Assembly (NCBI RefSeq): GCF_006345805.1
Contig: NC_042998.1
Location: 197,470,001 to 197,534,000, forward strand
Direction of reading: 5' to 3'
From: Octopus sinensis
Taxonomy: Eukaryota
DNA length: 64,000 nucleotides
Under the pieces are notes generated by a model. That model was not told where the DNA came from. It searched no databases and saw only the letters and a list, made by a program, of their open reading frames with translations. The position numbers and the translations under genes were made by a program. Below, piece after piece: positions 40,205 through 51,366 of this stretch (positions within the stretch are counted from its first letter, which is position 1; each line of letters starts with the position of its first letter).

Positions 40205-40267
40205 CACCACATACACACTCACACATGCATATCATAGTAAACTGCAAATGTTCTACTTTTACACCAT

Positions 40268-40692
40268 GTTTAAGGAGTGGCTGTGTGGTAAGTAGCTTGC
40301 TAACCAACCACAGGGTACCGGGTTCAGTCCCACTGCGTGGCATCTTGGGCAAGTGTCTTCTGCTATAGCCCCGGGACGACCAATGCCTTGTGAGTGGATT
40401 TGGTAGACGGAAACTGAAAGAAGCCTGTCGTATATATGTATATATTTATATATAAGTGTGTGTGTATATGTTTCTGTGTCTGTGTTTGTCCCCCTAGCAT
40501 TGCTTGACAACTGATACTGGTGTGTTTACGTCCCCGTCACTTAGCGGTTCGACAAAAGAGACCGATAGAATAAGTACTGGGCTTAGAAAAAGAATAAGTC
40601 CCGGGGTCGATTTGCTCGACTAAAAAGGCGGTGCTCCAGCATGGCCGCAGTCAAATGACTGAAACAAGTAAAAGAGTAAAAGAGAAAAGAGT
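40268..40692 (+). mobile_element. Family C SINE
   Basis: GGAGTGGCTGTGTGGTAAGTAGCTTGC head through the (AGTAAAAG)n tail. Confidence 0.92.
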
Positions 40693-40954
40693 ATAGTTGG
40701 CTCGAGTCAAAATAGGACAGGTGCTGTGCTGATGACGTCTTTTGAGGTAGAAACAGATCGATTGCTGAAATTCACGTCTTCAGATTGTTTTTGTTTTTTT
40801 TTTGTTTTTTCAATGGCATGTCAATTTCGGAATATTCTGAATTCCTGAGGTTATCTCGCCTTATTTGGAATCAGTCGCAATTGCCACTATCTGTTTGTTT
40901 ATCGTCTCTTGAAGCGAAGATTAAATCAAGAAGTTAGCTTGCATGGCATTTAAT

Positions 40955-41738
40955 ATACCTGTTTCTTTACTACCCACAAGGGGCTAAACACAGAGGGGAC
41001 AAACAAGGACAGACAAACGGATTAAGTCGATTGTATCGATCCCAGTGCGTAACTGGTACTTAATTTATCGACCCCGAAAGGATGAAAGGCAAAGTCGACC
41101 TCGGCGGAATTTGAACTCAGAACGTAGCGGCAGACGAAATACCTATTTCTTTACTACCCACAAGGGGCTAAACACAGAGAGGACAAACAAGGACAAACAA
41201 ACGGATTAACTCGGTAATATCGACCCCAGTGCGTAACTGGTACTTGTTTAATCGACCCCGAAAGGATGAAAGGCAAAGTCGACCTCGGCGGAATTTGAAC
41301 TCAAAACGTTGCGGCAGACGAAATACCTATTTCTTTACTCCCCACAAGGGGCTAAACACAGAGGGGACAAACAAGGACAGACAAACAGATTAAGTCGATT
41401 ATATCGACCCCAGTGCGTAACTGGTACTTATTTTATCGACCCCGAAAGGATGAAAGGCAAAGTCGACCTCGGCGGAATTTGAACTCAAAACGTTGCGGCA
41501 GACGAAATACCTATTTCTTTACTCCCCACAAGGGGCTAAACACAGAGGGGACAAACAAGGACAGACAAACAGATTAAGTCGATTATATCGACCCCAGTGC
41601 GTAACTGGTACTTATTTTATCGACCCCGAAAGGATGAAAGGCAAAGTCGACCTCGGCGGAATTTGAACTCAGAACGTAACGGCAGACGAAATACGGCTAT
41701 GCATTTCGCCCGGCGTGCTACCGTTTCTGCCAGCTCGC
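40955..41738 (-). mobile_element. Family B SINE tetramer
   Basis: Four units and one head. TSD CATGGC(A/G)TTTAATATACCT at 40942-40960 and 41739-41757. Confidence 0.93.
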
Positions 41739-41893
41739 CATGGCGTTTAATATACCTTTGTCGTTTTTGTTAACCAAATTCATGGGACTGGCAATCTAGA
41801 CTTGCTTTAGTTAGCTCCTTTTTGTTTTAAAGGTATGCATGTGTAACAGCTTATGAAACAGTTGAATTGGAGAAACAAATATATCGCTTACAG

Positions 41894-42058
41894 TTTTTAT
41901 TCGTGCGTAGGGTCAAAGCAGTTCAGTGGAACAAGGAGAATGACAAGAAGGAATGCTCGCGCGCCCTTAGCTGTGCCTGTGAGGAAAAGCTGCTTGCTAG
42001 AAAGCGAAAGACGTACAGCGTATGGAAGCAAAAGTACAGTGACCTTACGGGCGAATAA
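41894..42058 (+). other. Candidate terminal coding exon (…VKAVQWNKENDKKECSRALSCACEEKLLARKRKTYSVWKQKYSDLTGE*)
   Basis: Two in-frame-compatible acceptors (TTACAG| at 41893 and CGTAG| at 41910), a non-repetitive open frame, and AATAAA overlapping the stop. No homology recognised. Confidence 0.35.
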
Positions 42059-42139
42059 AAACTAAGCAATATTTTTCCTTTCCATACTGATTATTACGCT
42101 GTCCCTCAGTTTGAACAATTTAACCGTAGCATAACCTGT

Positions 42140-42660
42140 TACATACGTATACATGCATGCATGTATACGTACGTACGTATGTATGTATGTATGTATGTAT
42201 GTATGTATGTATGTATGTATGTATGTATGTATGTATGTATGCCTTCATGTATGTATGTATGTATGTATGTATGTATGTATGTATGTATGCATGCATGTAT
42301 GTATGTATGTATGTATGCATGCATGTATGTATGCATGTATGTATGTATGTATTTATGTATGTATGTATGTATGTATGTATGGATGGATGGATGGATGGTT
42401 GGTTGCATGTATGTATGTATGTATGTATGCATGTATGTATGTATGTACGTATGTATGCATGTATGTACGTATGCACGTATGTATGTATGTATGTATGTAT
42501 GTATGTATGTATGTATGTATGTATGTTTGTATGTATGTATGTTTGTATGTATGTATGTATGTATGTATGCATTCATGTATGTATGCATGTATGTATGTAT
42601 GTATGCCTTCATGTATGTATGCATGCATGTATGTATGTATGTATTTATGTATGTATGTAT
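42140..42660. repeat. (TATG)n compound microsatellite
   Basis: Directly visible. Confidence 0.97.
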
Positions 42661-42950
42661 GAGTGACAACCTGGCCATTGGTGGTGGTGTAACACACCAT
42701 ACTAATCACATCTGTCGGGCATGTGGAAGAGAGTGTGATTCGGCAGGAGGACTTAAACGACATGCAAAGGTACATGAAGTCCAGTTACAACTACAGCCGT
42801 CTATTACCAATAAAGGTTTTAGTTGCCAATTCTGTACAAGACATTGTAGATCTTTAGCTGGGCTAAAAAGTCACATTCGATCACAGCACCAGTAACAGTT
42901 AAGCTTCGTGCAATGGCCATACTTGATAACGAGGGGGCAGCCATAATGTA
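42661..42950 (+). mobile_element. 3' fragment of an RTE/BovB-like LINE encoding two C2H2 zinc fingers
   Basis: CRACGRECDSAGGLKRHAKVH and CQFCTRHCRSLAGLKSHIRSQH*, with no TGEKP linker, followed by a short 3' UTR ending ...GCAGCCATAATG. RTE-type ORF2 proteins can end in C2H2 fingers. Confidence 0.7.
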
Positions 42951-43504
42951 TATCTTGAGACTCAGAACAAACTATTCAGAAAATATTATTAACCTTCTTC
43001 TCCAGTGCTTGTGTTGCTTTTGGATTTATTCCTGGAGAACCGTATGTGGAATCAATTATTAATTATCTAAGTGACTAAACTTGATACAGTGGATCTTTCC
43101 GTGCATCTTGGCAGCTCTGCCTCCAGGAATGGTGCATTCGATACTGAAACCAACTGGAGAATCGAGATTTCAGTTGCGTTTGAGGTCCTGGCGAAATGAA
43201 TCTCGACAGACAGAGATCTGAAGCAACCCACCAAACTTTGCATCTATAATACTTGATTCACTAATTCATGGCTACCGTGTCGCCTTTCTTTCCCCTTTTC
43301 TTTTACTTGTTTCCATGCTGGGGCACCAGCTTGAAGAATTTTAGTCGAACGAATCGATACGAGTACTTATTTTTTTAAAGCTTGGTACTTATACTATCGG
43401 TCATTTTTGCAAATCCGATATGTTACTGGGTTGTAAATAAGCTAACACCTGTTGTCAAGTGGTGAATACACACACACACACACACACACACACTATATAT
43501 ATAT

Positions 43505-43564
<60 letters not shown>

Positions 43565-43723
43565 AGGGACATTAGCCATTTGAATGTGGCTAGGGACAAG
43601 GCAGGGCGGTGGGGGTGTTACTGATGCATTTAGCCCCAGGCGATCATCAACGTCACCAGATAGGCTGACACCATCACGGTGTCCTCTATCCTGCAAAGGG
43701 AGATCATTCCCCGAAGAAGCGGA

Positions 43724-43776
43724 TGCCACATACGGACCCAGGTTTCAAGGTATTTGCCTATCGTCAACGTATGGCA
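43724..43776 (-). ncRNA. Identical hammerhead motif on the opposite strand, in the inverted arm
   Basis: Exact reverse complement of 43956-44008. Confidence 0.7.
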
Positions 43777-43955
43777 GGCACCGCTCCTCGACCAAATGGC
43801 TAATGTCCCTTATGTGATGGAGCAGTTACTGTCTATATCTCGTTTAGAGAATTATTATTGCTGTCGAACAGATTTTCGAAATCAGTAAATGTATTTACGT
43901 GAAAATCTATATATAAATATCCTGCACAGGAAGTTGTTCGTCGAGGAGCGGTGCC

Positions 43956-44008
43956 TGCCATACGTTGACGATAGGCAAATACCTTGAAACCTGGGTCCGT
44001 ATGTGGCA
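43956..44008 (+). ncRNA. Type I hammerhead ribozyme motif (variant core)
   Basis: UGCCAUACG-UUGACGA-UAGG CAAAUA CCUU-GAAA-CC UG GG-UC/CGUAUG UG GCA. Stem I has 9 bp with a UG bulge, loop 2 is CAAAUA, and the cleavage triplet is GUC (cut after 43997). Deviations from the consensus are C3U and a U.U opposition at 10.1-11.1. Confidence 0.7.
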
Positions 44009-44231
44009 TCCGCTTCTTCGGGGAATGATCTCCCTTTGCAGGATAGAGGACACCGTGATGGTGTCAGCCTATCTGGTGACGTTGATGATCGCCTGGGGCT
44101 AAATGCATCAGTAACACCCCACCGCCCTGCCCTGTCCCTAGCCACATTCAAATGGCTAATGTCCCTTATGTGATGGAGCAGTTACTGTCTATATCTCGTT
44201 TAGAGAATTATTATTGCTATATATATATATA

Positions 44232-44580
44232 TTCTTGGCACTCCGTCGGTTATGACGACGAGGGTTCCAGTTGATCCGATCAACGGAACAGCCTACTCGT
44301 GAAATTAACGTGGAAGTGGCTGAGCACTCCACAGACACGTGTACCCCTAACGTAGTTCTTGGGGTGATTCGGCGTGACACTGTATGACAAGGCTGGCCCT
44401 TTGAAATACAGGTACAACAGAAACAGGAAGAAAGGGTGAGAGAAAGTTGCGGCGAAAGAGTACAGCAGGGTTCACCCTCGCCCCGCCAGAGCCTCGTGGA
44501 GCTTTAGGTGTTTTCGCTCAATAAACACTCACAACACCCGGTCTGGGAATCGAACCCGCGATCCCACGACCGCAAGTCTA
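44232..44580 (-). mobile_element. Family F SINE
   Basis: Reverse complement of 63020-63410 (GGCACTCCGTCGGTTATGACGACGAGGGTTCCAGTTGATCCG ... GGGAATCGAACCCGCGATCC). Confidence 0.88.
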
Positions 44581-45648
44581 CCCCCCCCCACACACATATA
44601 TATATATGTATATATATATGGTAAATGAAAAATGGAAGATAGGAAATACGAGAATTTTTATTAATCACTACAATTGTTTCGACACATCTAGCATCAATCC
44701 CTTTTATTTTCCGCCTATCAACTCTATTCGCAAGGCTTTGGTCGGCCTAGTAGAAGACACCTATCCTAGATGCCATGCAGTGGGACTGGACCCAGATTCA
44801 TATGGATGGGAAGCAAACTTCTTACAACCCAGCCACGCCTGCACCCACATCAAAATACTCGAAAGACTTCACGGAAAGTTTATCTATATTAAAACAAACA
44901 TCAGTGAGGAAACTTTAACACCAATTACGGAAGTGTTAGAAAAGGCAGTCTGTGTGTATGGAAGCGCATATCATACCATATACATATCACCAAGTATCAT
45001 GTTATCATACGAGTTTATGTGATAAAAAAGAAATCCTAGAGTGCAAAGGAAATTGATACGAGTAAATATGAAAAATAGGAAACGGAATAAAGAACAGAAG
45101 GAAATCCACTAAGAAAAGTCAAAATAAGTTCAGAGCTATATTCCAAGGTGATAGTCTATCAGCTCTTGTGTTATCTCGTTCTTCCAAGATTAGGACATAA
45201 CTTAGAAAAATATAAAGATATAGTTAACCATTCATAGATGGTTATTCGTAGAAGACCTAAAGTTAGTTATACGGGAAGACTGGGAGGGAATTGGAGATCT
45301 TTGTCAGGTATTTTCAAGTGTTGAACCCTTGTGAAGACGGGAAAGAAATATCATAAAAGTGATGGAATAAATCTACCGAACGAAGAAAGAATTCGGAAGA
45401 TTGATACAAATAACAGATATAAATATCTAAAGGTCTTGGAAGCTAATAGCATAAAGGGTATAGCAAAATCAGGAGAGAATATTTCCGAAGGACATAATGA
45501 CTACTAAAGTCCAAACTCAATAGCATAAACATGATCACTGCCATAGATTCACGAGCCGTATCCATCATCAGGTATCGTCCCGGAATAATCAAATGGACAA
45601 AGAAAGACCCTGAGAAAGTAGCTAGAAAAACTATGTTGCTGACAATCT

Positions 45649-45880
45649 ATACCTATTTCTTTATTACCCACAAGGGGCTAAACACAGAGGGGACAAAAAA
45701 GGACAGACAAACAGATTAAGTTGATTTCATCGGCCCCAGTGCGTTATTGGTACTTAATTTATCGACCCCGAAAGGATGAAAGACAGGTCGATCTCGGCGG
45801 AATTTGAACTCAGAACGTAACGGCAGACGAAATACCGCTAAGCATTTCGCCCAGCGTGTTAACGTTTCTGCCAGCTCGCC
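45649..45880 (-). mobile_element. Family B SINE nested in the R4-like element
   Basis: TSD TGACAATCT at 45640-45648 and 45881-45889. Confidence 0.92.
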
Positions 45881-45959
45881 TGACAATCTTATACCCTCAG
45901 GCAGATGATGGCAACTTGTATTTCAACAGAAAGGACGGAAGAAGAGGACTGATAAATAT

Positions 45960-46530
45960 ACTTTTCTACTCTAGGTACAAGGCCCGAAATTTTGGGGGTG
46001 GGGGCCAGCCGATTAGATCGAACCCAGTACGATACTGGTACTTAATTTATCGACCCCCAAAGGATGAAAGGTAAAATCGACTTCGGCTGAATTTGAACAC
46101 AGAACATAAAGACACACGAAATACCTATTTCTTTACTACCCAAAGGGGCTAAACACAGAGGGGACAAACGGATTAAGTCGATTACATCGATCCCCAGTGC
46201 GTAACTGGTACTTAATTTATCGACCCCGAAAGGATGAAAGGCAAAGTCGACCTCGGCGGAATTTGAACTCAGAACGTAGCGGCAGACGAAATGCTTATTT
46301 CTTTACTACCCACAAGGGGCTAAACACAGAAAAGACAAAAAAAGGACAGACAAACGGATTAAGTCGATTGTATCGACCCCAGTGCGTAACTGGTACTTAT
46401 TTAATCGACCCCGAAAGGATGAAAGGTAAAGTCGACCTCGGCAGAATTTGAAGTCAGAACGTAAAGACAGACGAAATACCGCTAAGCATTTCGTCCGGCG
46501 CGCTAACGTTTCTGTCAGCTCGCCGCCTTA
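45960..46530 (-). mobile_element. Composite family B trimer nested in the R4-like element
   Basis: TSD AAGAGGA(C/T)TGATAAATAT at 45942-45959 and 46531-46548. The tail-end unit has a variant tail. Confidence 0.9.
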
Positions 46531-47251
46531 AAGAGGATTGATAAATATTGAAAACTGTACGGATGCAGAAGTAAAGAGGTTATGTTGTTGACAACGAAGG
46601 TGCGCTTCTGATGGCAGTGAGAATAGAGGATGCGTTAGATGAAAGGAAAAAAAAGTGGTGTTCTCGGAATTGGAAAGTAATGATGTGAACAACAAAGTTT
46701 ACACGGAAAGTATTTTTCAAAGTATTAAAAAATATCGAGACAAGGGGTAACGGCAATTGCTCGAGACAGAAAGCTGGTGTCTAGCTACGAAGAATCAAGC
46801 AGGGATAGCAAGATACACCAGGAATAACAAAAATAAGGATGACATTTCGGCTGAATGTAGAATGTGTAGTGAGAGGGAAGAGCATATGTGTAGACAAACA
46901 ACCGCAGAAATTGAATTCACCTCAATAGACGTCATTGATTGGTTGAAATTGCCGAAATGCAAGAAATTAAACAACAAATAGCTTACAAACTACAGAATTT
47001 TCTCAAGAAAGCCAAGAGAAAAAAAATGTTTTATGTAACACATTCTACCAGTATACGAAGTTTAAAAGTGTTTAGTTACATAGAAATTATTTTGAAAAAT
47101 CTGCCGGTCAAAGTGAAAAAAGATCCGCGCATATGGTTTCTGAGTGCAAACTGTTTTCTCAGAGGGTTTGGACTGGAAACAATATAAGTAACCATGCACA
47201 GCCAAATGTGTAAAAAAAAATATAGATTTGAAGATATGACGAAATGGTATA

Positions 47252-47650
47252 CTCTTTTACTCTTTTACTTGTTTCAGTCATTTGACTGGGGCCATGCTGG
47301 AGCACCGCCTTTTAATCGAGCAACTCGACCCCAGGACTTATTCCTTTGCAAGCCCAGTACTTATTCTATCGGTCCCTTTTGCTGAACCGCTAAGTAACGA
47401 GGACATAAACACACCAGCATCGGTTGTCAAGCAATGCTAGGGGGACAAACACAGACACACAAACACACACACGCATATATATTTAAAAATATATATACGG
47501 CAGGCTTCTTTCAGTTTCCGTCTACCAAATCCACTCACAAGGCTTTGGTCGGCCCGAGGCTATAGTAGAAGACACTTGTCCAAGGTGCCACGCAGTGGGA
47601 CTGAACCCGGAACCATGTGGTTGGTAAACAAGCTACTTACCACACAGCCA
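47252..47650 (-). mobile_element. Family C SINE nested in the R4-like element
   Basis: Full C consensus match. Confidence 0.9.
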
Positions 47651-48149
47651 ACATTGAATATTACCACGTTAAGGTAAAAGTTCACGTCCAGATTTTGCCG
47701 TACTCAATACAGAGGAAAGAGTATGTTACTTAATCGATGTTGTATAACCGTTTAATAAAAGAGTGGTAGAAAAAGAACGTGAGGAAATGGCAAAATATCA
47801 GGACCTAAAATATGAACTTCAAAGAATCTGGAATTGCTGTAAAGTTATCATTATCCCAATTGTAAAAGTAGCTTTAGGAATGGTTGCAATAAGTCTGACT
47901 GGTTGGTCGAAGATGTTGGGTGTCGAGATGAAATTCCAGTCTCTATCAAAAACCTGTTTGCTTTGCAAAAGTCTATAAGAAAAGGGCTACGTAAGGTCGC
48001 AGAATGCAACTTCACATCTAGCAATCCAATACCGGTAGAACAACTAAACTTTGAGTAAACGAAAAAATAATAGGCATTTCGAATTTTAACACAAGGCCAG
48101 CAATTTTAGTGGGGAGGGGGAAGTCGATCTTCAATCGACTCCAGTATGG

Positions 48150-48585
48150 GGATCTTTTCGGTTTGAACGGCAGTTGTTTCTAGCGGTGTCATATGAAATT
48201 GTCACCCATAATTACGACCCTAGTATCGATCTATTGCATTTCAATCTGTTTTAGGGTTAGGGTTAGTTAGAGTTAGTTAGGGTGGGGGGAAGGGTATCTT
48301 TTTTTTCTTCAGAAATGTAAATAAACCCAATCTGTTTCTTAAACGAGGGACATATTCATACGGCACAGAATGTTTTTTACGTCAATAGACGTCATTGATT
48401 GGTTGAAATTGCAGAAATTGAAGAAAAAAAGCAACAAATATCTTACAAACTATAGAATTTTCTCAATAAAGCCAAGAGAAAAAGATATTTTATAAACACA
48501 TTCTACCAGTATACGAAGTTTAAAAGTGTTTAGTTACATAGAAATTATTTAAAAAAAAAAACAGCCGTTCAAACCGAAAAGATCC
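48150..48585. mobile_element. Non-autonomous DNA transposon with GG-initial TIRs and an 8-bp TSD (Merlin-like), inside a family B variant
   Basis: TIR GGATCTTTTCGGTTTGAACGGC / GCCGTTCAAACCGAAAAGATCC, with TSD CAGTATGG at 48142-48149 and 48586-48593. A partial second copy lies at ~46890-47137. Confidence 0.8.
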
Positions 48586-49002
48586 CAGTATGGGACTGGT
48601 TCTTTATTTTATCGACATTGAAAGGGTGAAGGGCAAAGTCGACCTAGGCGGTATTTGAACTCAAAATGTAAAAGAGTTGTAAGAAATGCTGCTTAGCATT
48701 TTGCCCAAACGAGCTTACTGATTTTGCCAGCTCAAACAGACACGTACACACGGATATGTATTTACATATTTATAATTAAACATATTGATATTTCCTTATA
48801 TTTACATATCACTGAAGCTGCCAAAACAACCATCACAGATAAGAAATAAGAAGTTTATATCTGTTTATCATGTTTTCCTATCTTCAAATGCCTACTCAAG
48901 ATATATGTATTTCTGTGTGTGGTATATACATGTGTACGTATATACACACCTATGCTATACATGCCTACCTATTTAACTGCATATCTACACACGCACATAC
49001 AT

Positions 49003-49386
49003 ACTCTTTTACATGTTTCAGTCATTTGACTGCGGCCATGCTGGAGCACCGCCTTTAGTCGAGCAACTCAACCCCGGGACTTATTCTTTGTAAGCCCAGT
49101 ACTTATTCTATCGGTCTCTTTTGCCGACCGCTTGGTGACGGGGACGTAAACACACCAGCATCGGTTGTCAAGCAATGCTAGGGGTACAAACACACAAACA
49201 CATACATATACATAAATATATATATATATACGACAGGCTTCTTTCAGTTTCCGTCTACCAAATCCACTCACAAGGCATTGGTCGGCCCGGGGCTATAGCA
49301 GAAGACACTTGCCCAAGATGCCACGCAGTGGGACTGAACCAGCAACCTTGTGGTTGGTTAGCAAACTACTTACCACACTGCGCCTA
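49003..49386 (-). mobile_element. Family C SINE
   Basis: Full C consensus match. Confidence 0.9.
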
Positions 49387-49715
49387 TACATGTGTATAGT
49401 GGCGCAGGCATGGCTGTATGGTTAAGAAGTTCGCTTTGGCATTACATTGTTTCGGAGTTCAGTCTCACGGCACGTAAGTATATAATTTGGCAGACGAAAG
49501 AGACCGAAAATAGTCCATCGGGTATATATCTTCATATCTTATCTTTTTAGTCTAAAGACTAGGTAGTGCCCACAATCCGTTACAGGGCTCCCAAGGCTGG
49601 GGCAAGGAAGAGAGAGGAAATCATCCTCAAACCCAAAACCTTATTCGAATGCTTGCAAGGGAGGGGAATCCAAGATGTCGGGTGGTAGTGTTAAACGGAG
49701 CAACAGTTTAAATAA

Positions 49716-49985
49716 GTCAGTTAGTTAGTTAATTTTTGGCTCAAAAAGCAAAAAGCAAGGCCATGTAGGGGGACATGGAGTTATGTACAGGGTGGTGTTC
49801 ATATAAAGAGTTCAGGCCACTTGTGGTCAAGGGAGACTTTGAACCGAGCGGTCGTCGGCATCTTCACCATCTCGTCCGGCAGCTTGTTCCACGGATCCGC
49901 AACCCGGACGGAGAAAGCCCCTCTCCTTCGATTGAGATGAAATCGTCGCAGATAGAGCTTGCGGCCCGCAGGGACTTTCTGAATG
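49716..49985 (-). mobile_element. 3' fragment of a CR1-group LINE
   Basis: GRKLYLRRFHLNRRRGAFSVRVADPWNKLPDEMVKMPTTARFKVSLDHKW matches the CR1/L2-group ORF2 C-terminal motif (F..RV...WN.LP...V......FK..LD..W). A short (CTAA)n tail follows. Confidence 0.8.
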
Positions 49986-50584
49986 GTATGCTTAATGAAA
50001 TAAGTGGTCCGATTAATGATGAGCCATGCCTCATGCAGCCCGCTTCCCGTGAAAGGTTGCACATGCTTGGTTTAACCCCACCCACTCAAGTAAACCAGGG
50101 TGCAGTTTAGACACACAATGCAAAAAAAAAACACAAAAAAAAAAACTGAACAAATATTGCAAGGCCTCCGGTCCGCCCTGGATTGGTGCTTTTAATCGAT
50201 TCCAAAAGGCTGAAAGACGGGATTTGAACTCAGAGAACATAGAGTCGAAACAAATACTGCGAAGCATTCTAACGAAAGACACTGCTAATTCGCCGCCCGT
50301 GCGCGCTCTTCGTCTTTCCCTTCACATCCCATGCTAATTACAAACAAATTTTTAACACACACACACACACACATAATTGCTTCTAATTTCAGGGATGAGG
50401 GAAGCACTTTTTGAGTGGAATTGGTTAATCGATTGCATCAACTCCAGTTCATGACTCTTAATTTAATTTTATTGACCTCGATGAGCTGGAAGGCAAAGTT
50501 GAATTCGAGGAATTTGTATTCAGAACTTAAATGAGACGAAACAAATACGAGGCATCATTCTGTCTGACGCTCGACCGATTCTGC

Positions 50585-50616
50585 GAATCCATCACCTTTA
50601 TGCATACATACATGCT

Positions 50617-50686
<70 letters not shown>

Positions 50687-50721
50687 CATCCATCCATCCA
50701 TCCATCCATCCATCCATCCAC

Positions 50722-50782
<61 letters not shown>

Positions 50783-50791
50783 CCTACCTAC

Positions 50792-50836
<45 letters not shown>

Positions 50837-50943
50837 CATCCATCCATCCATCCATCCATCCATCCATCCACCATCCATCCATCCATCCATCTATCTATCT
50901 ATCTATCTATCTACCTACCTACCTATCTATCTATCTATCTATC

Positions 50944-50982
<39 letters not shown>

Positions 50983-51086
50983 CATCCATCCATCCATCCA
51001 TCCATCCATCCATCCATCCATCCATCCATCCATCCATCCATCCATCCATTATCTATCTACTATCTATCTATCTACCTACCTATCTA

Positions 51087-51139
<53 letters not shown>

Positions 51140-51165
51140 CTATCTATCTATCTATCTATCTATCT
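50585..51165. repeat. Compound (CTAT)n/(CCAT)n/(CTAC)n microsatellite
   Basis: Directly visible. Confidence 0.97.
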
Positions 51166-51307
51166 GTGTGAGTGTGTGAATACGTCTTTGAATGTTTATC
51201 TTCTTCTCATGTTTATGTTTGTTTACCTAACATACTATTTTCATATTAATTTACATGGAAAAATGTCAAATATTTAATTCACTCATCCACCCACCCAACA
51301 CAAAATA

Positions 51308-51366
<59 letters not shown>

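Larger units (their letters stand above)
43560..44218 (+). mobile_element. Hammerhead-containing non-autonomous retroelement (retrozyme/Penelope-like) with a 5' inversion and a 70-bp terminal direct repeat
   Basis: 43560-43792 is the reverse complement of 43940-44171 (2 differences). 43793-43862 is identical to 44149-44218. The element is flanked by (TA)n on both sides. Confidence 0.7.
45020..47990 (+). pseudogene. Decayed R4/Dong-like non-LTR retrotransposon (RT, CCHC knuckle, restriction-like endonuclease), split by four younger insertions
   Basis: Fragments read IFQGDSLS, KYL.VLEA, AIDSRAVSIIRY..GII.WT, LYFNRKDGRRGLINIENC, ETESWCLATKNQA, CRMCSERE/HMVSEC, RPDFAVLN..E..CYLIDV, and EKEREEMAKYQDLKYELQRIW...IPIVKVALG. 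Confidence 0.88.

Noticed and set aside
40725-40770. Hammerhead-like CTGATGACGTCTTTTGAGGTAGAAAC
   Set aside because: Stem II is mismatched with extra bases, and there is no cleavage triplet or stem I.
41911-42058. Secreted phospholipase A2 C-terminus
   Set aside because: The C..L.C.C...TY spacing is only loosely similar, and the conserved Asp and further Cys residues are missing.
42120-42895. Long ORFs of 140-244 aa (MYVC/HTYI repeats)
   Set aside because: They are translations of the (TATG)n microsatellite. Only the terminal zinc-finger part is meaningful.
48252-48283. Interstitial telomere or chromosome fusion site
   Set aside because: Only a few degenerate TTAGGG units, and they are internal to a MITE.
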